Positions 52,300-64,000 of a stretch of 64,000 nt of DNA are shown one piece after another. The DNA lies in contig OX597829.1 in assembly GCA_951406725.2 (NCBI GenBank), positions 21,700,001 through 21,764,000 on the forward strand, in the 5' to 3' direction. Position 1 is the stretch's first letter. The number at the start of each line of letters is the position of its first letter. The DNA is from Octopus vulgaris (lineage: Eukaryota). The notes below the pieces were generated by a model. It made no database searches and had not been told where the DNA came from. It worked only from the letters and a program-made list of their open reading frames with translations. Made by a program: the position numbers and the translations under genes.

Positions 52300-53720
52300 C
52301 ATTGATTAACTATCTACAGAACAGTTTCATTGCACTGTGTGCATCTTGGAAAAGCTTGTCTGATTGCACATCTCTGCTTCTAGAATTCATCTTCAACCAA
52401 GGACTTCTGGAAATTATCCATGGTAGTCCCTGACCAGAACAAACTACTCAGTTCATTTTTGTCAATGTCCAGAGACTCCCAGATGATGTCACCACACTAC
52501 CCACCACTAGTCCTCTGTAGATTACTAAAGTGGAACATCTATTGATCCCATTGCCTGACTGGTAGAGGATAGTGAGTGCCTGATGATATTCTAGGTGTCA
52601 GGTGCCCAGTCTTGGTTTTTGCTTCATCCAGGACTGCAACTCCATCAAAAAGATGTGCTCCATGAATGGTGCCCACACATATTCACTATTATGGAATCTT
52701 TGCGGGTGGAACAACCTCTGTGAATGTTTGCATATTAGTAGTCATGGCATATCTGAGCCACCATATAGAGGGTGTCAGTAGCTAGCAGATGAACAGTCCA
52801 ACTGATTAGAATCATCCCTTCAGCAAGAAACTAAATAACAGATGCTCCAACCAGATCAAGTGGGGAAGATATGATGACTAAATGATAAATAATAATGAAT
52901 GTAGGCATTCACTATCTCTACATACCCTTTCAGAGACAGCTTCCTTTCATTGATGGGTAAGACTGGTTACCCTGCTTATTACCTCATCCCAGTTCTTACA
53001 TCTGCACAACTGCTCAGAACCGTGTAAAACATGCCAATTCTGGTCAATCAAAGACCTGATTGTGGTTTTGTTGCCATGTCATATCTCTGTTGTTCACATC
53101 AATTGGACAGCTTTTGATCCCTCATGTTTGAACACAAGTCTTAGCTCTGACAATGCAGCCTTTGAGTTTCACCACAAAGAAATGGTTAAAGGCCATTCTT
53201 GCTGTTAACACATCAGTTATGATTCTTTTATTAATTGGTTCTTTTACATTGCTAAGTAGTTTGCCATCTAATCTATTTCTTTTATTGCTAGTAGCTCTTT
53301 GCAAAACACTATCAATTCTACTCTAATCACCTTCTTCAAGGTGCCCCACCACCAATTGTTGATGATTGCTCCCATTGATTGCCATATAACTAGTTCACTA
53401 ATCTTTGCATTCCAGAAAGGATGCATTCAACTTCCAGTAACTGTGTACCTGTTTACAGATCTTGTCTAAATCAACTGAGCAGATCATAAATTTGTGGTCT
53501 GTGTAACCAATAAGTTTGAATTGTGGACAACGTATGCTATCCCTACCAAGTGATCTAGCAAATATTCTACCAAGATACAATCAGGATGACCTACTGTGGT
53601 TGCTCCATGTCCAATTGGTAGCCATCAGAAAACTGGAAGTTTATGAGTAGGTTTCTGTATCTACTCCTGTTATGCACTAGCCCCACACAGTCGATCTATG
53701 TGTCCTAAATACAATTCCAG
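52300..53720 (-). mobile_element. Decayed L1/Tx1-like LINE remnant
   Basis: YLGRIF...YTDHKFM...YWKLNASFL (APE endonuclease C-terminus: DH and WKLN motifs), WWGTLK, KLKGCIVRA. Confidence 0.65.
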
Positions 53721-54312
53721 TCTCCAACTAGCGATAGTGATTGAATCATCTCCAGGGATATTTCTAGATGCCAGAAGAATTTTTCCATTTTCTATTTGCC
53801 TTCAAATATGTAATTGCTGCACTGTTTTCAGTGACACTGCCGTGTGTTCCACTCTCACTCTCTTTCATTGTACTCTCAGTAATTCTCTTTTCCTCCCTCT
53901 CTCATTAACACGCTTGTCTGTCTCATCTGATATTTTTTCTTTGAAGGGATGAAACAAAATTTTGGTAACAGAATTAAAATTTAAATTGACAAGCACTTTG
54001 ATCTCTTTTGACCAAAGTGCTTTGACTTAGTGATGGGGATGTAAACAAACAGACAACTTTTGCCAAATGGCAGTCGAGGCATTTAACACAAAGACACACA
54101 TGACAGGCCTCTATCTTAACTGATACCAGCATGGAAGCTAGATGTTAATCTTCCTTTTTTTGTTGCCAGTTAACTGCAGGCTATTAATTATAGATTATTA
54201 CTGATCCCAATCCCACCTACCCCAAAATCACAAACAAAATAAACCTTACCATTTTGTTTGTTACTTATTTCCTTTGCACCCAGGGACATTTTAGTAACAG
54301 TTCTAATAGTCA

Positions 54313-54914
54313 TTAACTCTTTAACATCCAGATTACTCTGTCAAAAGTAAAGTAATGCTTATTTACTCTTTTACTTGTTTCAGTCATGTGAATGTGGCCA
54401 TGCTGGAGTACCGCCTTTATTCGAGCAAATCGACCCCAGGACTTATTCTTTGTAAGCCTAGTACTTATTCTATTGGTTTCTTTTGCCAAACCGCTAAGTT
54501 ACAGGGATGTAAACACACCAGCATCAGTTGTCAAAAGATGTTGGTGGGGACAAACACACACACACATATTTACATATATACGACGGGCTTCTTTCAGTTT
54601 CTGTCTATCAAATCCACTCACAAGGCTTTGGTTGGCCCAAGGCTATAGTAGAAGACACTTGCCCAAGGTACCACGCAGTGGGACTGAACCCAGAACCATG
54701 TAGTTGGTAAGCAAGCTACTTACCACACAATATTTGTTCATATTGTTTTGAATTAATCATGCATTATCTTGTAGCTTTCAGATTTTGATGTGAATTCTTA
54801 TTCTTAGAATGACATTGTAGGATAGGTGTAAAAAAAAACCATCTGGCCTGTTTGAACATGATACAGGTGTAAATTTTTGCTGGATTATGGCCAGTTTAAA
54901 TGCTTAAAGGTTAA
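54313..54914. mobile_element. piggyBac-like MITE interrupted by a family-1 SINE (~54364-54729)
   Basis: TTAA|CTCTTTAACAT ... ATGCTTAAAGG|TTAA; body homologous to 27078-27712. Confidence 0.72.
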
Positions 54915-55587
54915 AGTAGAATGACTATTGTGACTGGCTGTGCCACTGTGTGACTCTATCAAATGACAAAACACTATCAAACTTAGTGTCTATTAAATGA
55001 TAACAATAGTTATTTTGAAATTTTGTATTAGCAGCAAGAAAGAAAAGGGAAATAGTTAGAAATTAATACACTATTAAAGTATAAACAGTTGTAAATTAAT
55101 ACATTATTGACATATTTTTCTCGGTGGTTGCCAGTATATAAAGCAGAAACTTTGAAAACATTGATGCTTTTCTTAAGAATTTCAGTAAAAACACAGTTGT
55201 TGCCCTTGACTCCAAAATTCTTGGCAGGAAAACGTCTGGCAGGAGAAATTTAATTTTAACCCTTTTACTACCGACCAACATAAAACTGGCACTCACTCTA
55301 TGAAACAAGCTTCCGGTTTTGAAGTGATCTGAATGAAAATCTTTAATTAGAATTTCGTAATAACCTCAATGTTGTTTGACTGAATGTTTCATTCCTCTTA
55401 AAATTAAAGTTCCTGAAGCATCAATAATGATGGGTGGGTGTTTTACTAAACTATGTAATAGTTGCAACATTTTGGCTTGCATGTATGATATTCAGTTTTT
55501 TCAAATTGGAAGTGTTGTTGAAAAATGTACATGATGAGGCTACGAGAATGTAAATAAAAACGCCAAAATAAAAGGAAAATAAAAAAA

Positions 55588-55747
55588 AGGAGTGGCTGTG
55601 TGGTAAGTAGCTTGCTAACCAACCGCATGGTTCCAGGTTCAGTCCCACTGCGTGGCATCTCGGGCAAGTGTCTTCTGCTATAGCCTCGGGCCGATCAATG
55701 CTTTGTGAGTGGATTTGGTAGACGGAAACTGAAAGAAGCCTGTCGTA

Positions 55748-55802
<55 letters not shown>

Positions 55803-56013
55803 TTGTGTGTCTGTGTTTGTTCCCCTAGCATTGCTTGACAACTGATGCTGGTGTGTTTACGTCCCCGTCACTTAGTGGTTCGGCAAAAAGAGACTGATAG
55901 AATAAGTACTGGGCTTACAAAAAGAATAAGTCCAAGGGTCGAGTTGCTCGACTAAAGGTGGTGCTCCAGCATGGCCGCAGTCAAATGACTGAAACAAGCA
56001 AAAGAGTAAAAGA
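55588..56013 (+). mobile_element. Family-1 tRNA-derived SINE, full length
   Basis: A-box-like TGGCTGTGTGG, B-box-like GGTTCAGTCC, internal (TA)n, tail AAAAGAGTAAAAGAG. Confidence 0.88.
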
Positions 56014-56295
56014 GATCACTCCCCAAATATTGATACAGATTTGATCACTTTTAGTATGTACAATATGCTGCGGTGAATGATTTGCTCGTTTTTCTACAGT
56101 AAATGTTCTACCTAATTTCACAATTGTGGTAAATGTATATGTATTCAAAACTACCAAAATATATGTGTATTTACACATTTTCCAAGGAACAGCAAAAGTT
56201 GTGTTATCATAAGATATTTTTTGTTTTGTCTTTCTAACCAAATTCCATACAAAACTATTTTATGCTGCTGCTGTTTAATGCTAGGTTGGCTCTGA

Positions 56296-56477
56296 GAATC
56301 CAGGTAAAAAAGTCACAGGGGTTTTGTCCGGGTGAAGGGGGGTTGTATGAAAGGGTTTTGTCCGGATACCATAAATTAATTGTGACCCTTTTTTCCCTGT
56401 GATTTTTATTACTAGCCACCATAAATTAATTGTGACATTTTTTCCTAGACATAACTGTGAATTTATTACCAGCCACT
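56296..56477. mobile_element. MULE-like MITE (copy 3)
   Basis: Same ends as copies 1-2; near-perfect 8-bp TSD GGCTCTGA / GGTTCTGA. Confidence 0.65.
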
Positions 56478-56930
56478 GGTTCTGAATGGGTACACTTATG
56501 ATCAAAGGTATTCCAACTATGATCATCCTGTCTTATTCTTTAAAGAGCAGGATGACACTTAAGAGAAGTTTGGCTGCTGTTTCTAGCAGATGGAGTGACA
56601 ATGAAGAATCTCCCAATCTTTTATATATTGTCATCATCATCATCATCATCATCATCATCAGTTGATATTTACTTCTCCATGCTTGCATATGGGTCAGATG
56701 GAAATGCTGAGATGGATTTTCTGTGGCTGAAAGTCCTTCCTGTTACCAAATCTGAAGTTAATATTTCTCTACGACCAGACATATTGCCATGAAATTTGGA
56801 AACAAATGACAAGTGCTTGCATGACAAGTGGCGTTCATTTACAACTATTATTTATAGCATTAATGTGTTTTGAGAACCAAATCCCCAAAAGAATTATTTT
56901 ACATTCTCTTGAAAGTTTATAAATTTTAAT

Positions 56931-57017
<87 letters not shown>

Positions 57018-57148
57018 ATACATACATATATATACATATATATATACATATATATATGTATGTATATATATAGAGAGATAATTTATCCTGTTCACACTAT
57101 TTTATTAGCATTATCATGCGTTTGAGAATAAAAAATTTATTTCTGTAT

Positions 57149-57207
<59 letters not shown>

Positions 57208-57440
57208 GCACACACAGAGACAGAGACATATATATATTTATATATACATACACACATATATATGTGTGTATGTGTACATATGGACTTTTACAAAACTAGC
57301 ATTAATTTTTTTACATCGTTAATGATTTAGTAGACCTATCAGTAATGAACATATAATGACTAATGGAAATAGCTGTAAGTCAATTTTACTACAGTAAAGG
57401 AAAATATGTAATATGTCTATATATATATCTGCGTGTGTGC

Positions 57441-57476
<36 letters not shown>

Positions 57477-58199
57477 CACACACACATATATATATATATA
57501 GACATATTACATATTTTCCTTTACTGTAGTGTATGTGTGTGTGCGTGCATGTGTGCCTGTGTTTGTGTGTCTTTGTGTCCCCCACCACTCTTTGGCAACA
57601 GGAGTTGGGTATAAAGTGATACCATGTTGTCAACTTAATGTGACAGTCCCATAAAAGAGAAGAATGCTACTGTTATTTAGCCCTAGGAAACATCGCTTCC
57701 TGTTGGACTTGACGCATTTCCTGTGTCCTTAATGTTTCCAAAGTGGAGATAAGCACCTCCACCCATAATCTGGATGTTCAACAAAAGAGATTGGTAAAAT
57801 AAGTACAGGCTTTACAAAAATAAGCACTTGGGTCAATTTGTTCGGCTAAAATGGATAAAGAATGATATATGTATATATATATATATATCATCTTCATTAT
57901 CATCATGATTACCATTTAACGTTCGTTTTCCATGCTGACATGGGTTGGACAGTTTGACCAGAGCTGGCAAACTGGAGAGCTAAGGCTCCAGTATGGTTTA
58001 GCATGGCTGGATGCCCTTCTTAATGACAACTACTTTACAGAGTGTGTTGGGTGCTTTCTACATAGCACCACCTTGGGTGCTACCTACGTGGGCTGGCATG
58101 GGTGCTATTTGTGTGCACAAACACGAGGGCTTTTGTGAGGAAAAGATCTCTCCAGCTGGGAAGGGAGCATTAACAATTCTGCTGTAATGGGAGGGTAAT

Positions 58200-58625
58200 T
58201 TTGACTACAGCAAGGCACCAAACATCTCAGTTATTTGTTATCTCCTTCTTAAGGCTCAGTGTCAAGAAATTGGCCTTTGGTACTTTGTCTCATGTCTTTG
58301 TGAATCTCCCTTTTTCATTAGTTCCATCCATTTTAAGTGATCAGCATTTATTTATGCAGCTGTCTACAGCCATCTGCATCACATGACCAAACCAGCAGTG
58401 TTCTTTCTTGAACACTACATCTAATTTCTCTTATGCCTAACTTTTCTCTCAATGCATTAGTACTCTGTTGCACATTTACACCTACATTGCACATCCAGTG
58501 GAACATACTAGTTTCATTTTCCTTTAGCCTTCATGTGTCCTCTGCATTCAGGACCCATATCTCACTACCATATAGTATTACTGTTTGTATACATGCATCA
58601 TACAATTTACCTTTCACTTAGAGAC

Positions 58626-58700
<75 letters not shown>

Positions 58701-59105
58701 ACTTTGGTTGCCAACAGAAGTAAAAGCTTTTTGAATTATCTCCATCCTATTCTTATTCTAGCTATTACACTTTCTGTTCATCCTCTCCTACTACTAATTA
58801 GTTCTCCTAGGTAGCAGAAATCACCCTCTACCTCTAAAGAGTATCTGGGGCATTTGAGGGAACCAATTTTTCTGAGTATCTAGTTTTATGGCTTCTGTGC
58901 ATCTTCCACATGCAAACACTACTTTTTGTAATAACCTTCCTGCTAGTCCACTGCACCTCGTGTGTATCCATAGATAGTGCTAGGTACACTGTATGGAGTT
59001 CCTGCTTGCACGTTTCCTAAATATTGAGCAGGGCTATTTACCTGAAGTGGGAAGGATCCTGCCTGCTTTCTTGCTCCCTAAAGCCTTAGTTTTTGCTAAG
59101 TTAAT
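58200..59105 (-). mobile_element. Decayed RTE-X-like LINE 3' part with PHD-like Cys/His remnant
   Basis: AKTKAL...PCSIFRK...NSIQCT...LWIHTRCSGL...FACGRC; related decayed fragments near 35640-36010 and 45680-45800. Confidence 0.6.
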
Positions 59106-61038
59106 TTTAAGGAGACAGAATTTTAAGGAGACAGATTGCTGGTGGAGCAATTTTACATGAAAAAACTGAGCTAAAAGAATTAATAAAAACTTCAGGTACA
59201 GTTCCTGCTACAATTATTATCACTAGACCATTTTCTTTTGCAGCATCAACATGCTGCAACAGGAAACATCTTACTTCACTATAGTTGTGCAAATGCCAAA
59301 AACTGAAATCTAGAAACACACTGACAATCAAAGTATTACAGCTGCTAAACTAATTCAGTGCCGCATTCCTGAAGGAGAGAATTCCTCAGCCATCACCTCA
59401 ATAGTTGAATGTAAAATACACAAACATACGGCACTGATATGATAAAAAAAGTGATGGCATATCTTTTATCGCTTACTTGTTTTGCAATATATCTATTCAA
59501 AAGAAGAAAAGAAAATGGAAATAAGGAAGTCAATAATTGTTTATTATTAACAAATTAGTCATTTTCGTTTCTTACTGCCATTTCAATTAGTACTCAATAA
59601 TCTAATTACAAATTTGCATATTAAATTTACATTTATCTGACATGAGTATAATTTCATCAGAGAGAAAAAAAAAAGATGTACCCTTGGATGTTATATGTGG
59701 ACCTATCAATTCCTTTCAGCAGTCTTTTAAATGGATATAAATATATAAGCTTAATATATAACTATTGTTTTAAGGGAATTTCATTCCCCCAATATACTAG
59801 GTATTGAACCGGTATTTCCTAGGGTGCAACCATCCATTTACAAGGTTAACATATCCTCTAATTAAATATATATATCAATCTATTTTATGATTTAGCAACT
59901 CATGCATGAAATTTTTGTCTATTTTTTAGACAAATATTACCCTGACAAAATCCATATAAATGTGGATTTTTTATAAATCCACTAGTGGATATGAATTGAA
60001 ACAAATTGTAGGATATATATTTGTTTTATTTATTTGTTATATTGTATTTTTTATTTATTTGTCAATTGTATTTTTCTATTTCCTTCAATATTTATCATAT
60101 CTATAAAAGGGTGGATGTGTGTGCTTGTGTGTGTGTGTACGTGATTGTAGTTTATGCACATCCACAAATTAGCACACATGTCGCTCAAATTTTAGGAGAA
60201 CATTTGTCAACATCCTATTTGGGTTTTGTCAACTTATTTTTTTCCTGAGGCACTCGCGGATAGGGTAAAAATCTATTTTCAACCATAGCTTTTAACCATA
60301 ACAAATATCAGCTATTGCTTTTTGATGGTCTCTAACAAAAAAAAATAAGATAAAGAAAAGTGGAAGAAGGAGGCAGAGAGTTTCACAGGAAGACAAAGTG
60401 AGAGAGGGAGAGAGAGAGAGTAAATGACTATGTTCATAAAAAATAAAATGTAAAATTTTTGTTTTTGTTTTTGAAAGGCACACTATATTTTATAATCATA
60501 GTATATATACTTTCTCACACAGCAATTACAATATATTTATTTTAAATCATTTATTTATTTTATTTTGTTCTTCTTTCTCCCCCCTCTCTCTCTCACACAC
60601 ATTACTTTGGGTGCGAAAGAGATTTGTTTTTATTTTACACCGAGTAAAAAAGTGTTTTGTTGACAATCCATTTATTTAACAACAAAAAAACAAAGAGGTG
60701 AGTAAATTACACAATATAAATGGGTACAATTTGTGAGGCTTCCACCACACCCCACTCTGTTTCACGGACCACAAAAAGGGTTTTGAGGCCAAAGTAGTTG
60801 ATTCCACGCAAAAAAACCCCCATTTTTTTTCTTAGTGAAAATTGCGAGTGTTAATCTACAAATTTAACAATAGTTTTTCCATTCTTTATGAACATGTATG
60901 CGTGCACAAAACATGCAATAGGTGTACGTACGTATGTATGTGTTCATGTCTGTTGCCCATATATATTTGTATTATATTATATATATAAAATATATATATA
61001 TATATATATAACATAACTAATTTCGCCCAAATTTGACA

Positions 61039-61128
61039 TCTATATTACTTAGTTTGGTTTGAAATAAAGAACTTGATTAGCTTAATAATCGTAACTTAAT
61101 CCCGGGCAAGGCCGAGTTATACTGCTAG
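61039..61128 (+). mobile_element. Very short Helitron-like element or 3' end
   Basis: A|TC start; CCCGGGCAAGGCCGAG hairpin then ATACTGCTAG|T, like the 3' end at 20749-20776. Confidence 0.55.
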
Positions 61129-61289
61129 TATATATATATAGACACAGGAGCGGCTGTGTGGTAAGTAGCTTGCTTACCAACCACATGGTTCTGGGGCCTT
61201 GGGCAAGTGTCTTCTACTGTAGCCTCAGGCCAACCTAAGCCTTGTGAGTGGATTTGGTAGACAGAAACTGAAAGAAGCCCATCATATAT

Positions 61290-61320
<31 letters not shown>

Positions 61321-61840
61321 AATGACTGAAACCGGTACTGAAATGTTTTTTATAAAATTATTTTAGCATTTTCTATCTTGACTTTTTTCCATATATATAT
61401 ATACATATATATATTTGTGTGTGTGTGTGTTTGTCCCCCCCACCCCCAAACTGATGTTGGGGTGCTTACATCCTTGTAACTTAGCGCTTTGGCAAAAGAG
61501 ACTTATAGAATAAGTACTAAGCTTACAAAGAATAAGCCTGGGATCGATTTGTTTGACTAAAGGTGGTGCTCTAGCATGGCCACAGTCAAATGACTGAAAC
61601 AAGTAAAAGAAATAAAGAATAAAAGAATATATATATATACATGAGTGAGTGGACAAACAAAAGAAAAGGGCACTCAATACATTTAGTAGGAGTTACATGT
61701 ATCATTTTAAACAGTTTCATTTGGTTTCTGTGGTACTTCAAGTTTCACAGGCTCCTAACAGGGGTCCATCTCCTTCAGGCTTTGCTAGGGGTTTGTGAAA
61801 CTTGAAGTAGCATGGAAACTGAATAAAATTGTTCCAAATA

Positions 61841-61845
61841 ATGTA

Positions 61846-61881
<36 letters not shown>

Positions 61882-62765
61882 AATGAATGAATGAATAAAT
61901 GTATGTATGTATGTATGTATGTATGAATGAATGAATGAATGTATGTATGTATGTATGTATGTATGTATGTATGTATGTATGTATGTATGTATGTATGTAT
62001 GTATGTATGTATGTATGTATGTATGTATGTATGTATGTATGTATGTATGTATGTATGTATGTATGTATGTATGTATGTATGTATGAATGAATGAATGTAT
62101 GTATGTATGTATGTATGTATGTATGTATGTATGTGTGTATGTATGTATGTATGAATGAATGTATGTATGTATGTATGAATGAATGAATGAATGTATGTGT
62201 GAATGAATGAATGAATGAATGTATGTATGAATGAATGAATGAATGTATGTATGTATGAATGTATGTATGTATGTATGTATGAATGAATTTATGTATGTAT
62301 GAATGAATGAATGTATGTGTGTGTGTATGTATGTATGTATGTATGTATGTATGAATGAATGTATGTATGAATGAATGAATGTATGTATGTGTGTGTGTAT
62401 GTATGTATGTATGAATGAATGAATGTATGAATGAATGAATGTATGTATGTATGTGTGCGTGTATGTATGTATGTATGTATGTATGAATGAATGAATGTAT
62501 GAATGAATGTATGTATGTATGTGTGTGTGTATGTATGAATGTATGAATGAATGAACGAATGTATGTATGTATGAATGAATGTATGTATGTATGTATGTAT
62601 GTATGTATGTATGTATGTATGTATGAATGAATGAATGTATGAATGAATGAATGTATGTATGTATGTGTGTGTGTATGTATGTATGTATGTATGAATGAAT
62701 GAATGAATGAATGAATGTATGCATGTATGTATGAATGAATGTATATATGCATGTATGTCTATATA
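61841..62765. repeat. (TATG)n/(GAAT)n compound microsatellite, ~0.9 kb
   Basis: Directly visible; explains the HIHTY-type ORFs. Confidence 0.97.
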
Positions 62766-62976
62766 CATGACAATCTGATGATATCATTCATAGCCCAATA
62801 TGTTTTCATACATACAACTTGAGAGAATTGTCTTTTTGAGACCATTTCTGCATCAAAAGGTTATTCTATATTTGACTGTACACAGGTGTATTAAATATCA
62901 TTGGACATGTACACAAACGCATACCTTTATATATATATATATATATATACACGCACACACATGTGCATTCACCATA

Positions 62977-63575
62977 CAGGGTGTGGTGAATATTTTGTCG
63001 TCTAAGTTACACAAAAATGAAAATAACACTGACATCTCAATTTAACAGATATATTTACCAAAATTACATTAAAATATCTTGAAATACTTAAGAGTAAATT
63101 TATTCAATAAAATCATCATTGCCTTCAACCACGGCTTCCAGAGGTTTTCAGAATCTTCTGCAACTCTTCTGGATGGTCTCCTTGTTTAAGTTAATGAATG
63201 CTGCCATAATCCTTGCCTTCAGTTCATCTTTGGTGTTACAAGGAGTTGGTCTCTTGTTCAACTGTGCCCCACACATAATAATCAAAGGGGTTGCTGTCTG
63301 GGGAGTTAGGTGGCCAGATGTTAGGGGTGATGTGGTTGCAGAAATTATCTGACAGCCATGACTGGTTTCACCTGCTTGTGTGGCATGGGGCAGAGTCCTG
63401 TTCCCAGACATAGGGTCTTCCAGCAGCCACTCTCTTGATCCAGGGCAGCACTACCTCCTCCAGGCACTTGATGTAGGTCTGCATGTTGAGTCTGAGGCCG
63501 TGTGGGAAGATGAATTGAGGCATAACACGATGATGTTGACTGGATGTTTGATTTTTATCACTGTTGGTACATGTT
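62977..63575 (-). mobile_element. Tc1/mariner-superfamily (maT-like) transposase 3' remnant with TIR
   Basis: WEQDSAPCH and WPPNSPDSNPFDYYVWG catalytic motifs, TKDELKARIMAAF; terminus TA|CAGGGTG. Confidence 0.85.
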
Positions 63576-64000
63576 AAGCCAAAAGTTGTTCACCATCTGT
63601 TCATCATGCGTGTTCACCATCTGTTCATATGTGGCTCTATTGTATGAGGCTTGCTTCACATACTCATGATTCCAGGTTCAGTCCCACTGTGTGGCACTTT
63701 GAGCAAGTGTCTTCTATGCCAAGCACTACAGCATGTCATTTCCAAATTTCTGGCAGAGTGAATCACATAATGGTGCAGTTTTTCTTGTGTAGTACATATT
63801 TAATTCTAACACTCTTAAATTTATATCTTGAAATGCTGCACTGAAGAGATGAAATAAGTAAGTAAATATTACATTACTTTAATCCTGAAATGCGTATGTA
63901 GCTAATCTGAGTTGTGTGGATTCATTATTTTTGCTTTTTGCCTACAGAAAAAAGTGTGTTACTTTCTGGGAGATCTCTATGGTAGCAGAAAAGGCATTTT

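Noticed and set aside
55096-55308. 70-aa ORF on -
   Set aside because: No motif, splice support or recognisable homology.
59107-59450. Possible exon (LLQHVDAAKENGLVIIIVAGTVPEVF on -, or AAKLIQCRIPEGENSS on +)
   Set aside because: No consistent splice pair or recognisable homology.
61738-62787. Longest ORFs in the track (349 aa and 325 aa; also 13539-14389)
   Set aside because: Translations of stop-free (TATG/CATA/GAAT)n microsatellites; not genes.

Overview
AT-rich, microsatellite- and transposon-dense animal genomic DNA. The repeat repertoire points to an octopus (coleoid cephalopod), which is an inference and not a database result. One protein-coding gene is supported: a LEKR1-like coiled-coil gene on the minus strand. 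Its seven coding exons (26149-26444, 12930-13049, 8430-8605, 7198-7383, 3856-3937, 1624-1701, 578-711) splice GT-AG in frame into about 357 codons, and no stop is reached in these exons. Its promoter probably lies in the CpG-richer zone near 28.8-29.9 kb. The rest is intronic or intergenic. It holds decayed LINEs (RTE including one with three C2H2 fingers, CR1, R4/Dong, L1/Tx1, RTE-X-like), Tc1/mariner remnants, hAT-, piggyBac- and MULE-like MITEs, Helitron-like elements, several tRNA-derived SINE families and long simple repeats. The most unusual signals are: (i) a TSD-flanked ~600-bp palindromic element whose arms each join a Pol III tRNA-like head to a degenerate minimal hammerhead-ribozyme motif, with related motifs elsewhere in the window; (ii) a patchwork of locally templated fragments at an RTE insertion, which creates a perfect 125-bp inverted repeat around a frame-preserving LEKR1 exon; (iii) mix-and-match SINE body/tail modules. 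All alignments were done by eye, and element boundaries without TSDs are approximate.
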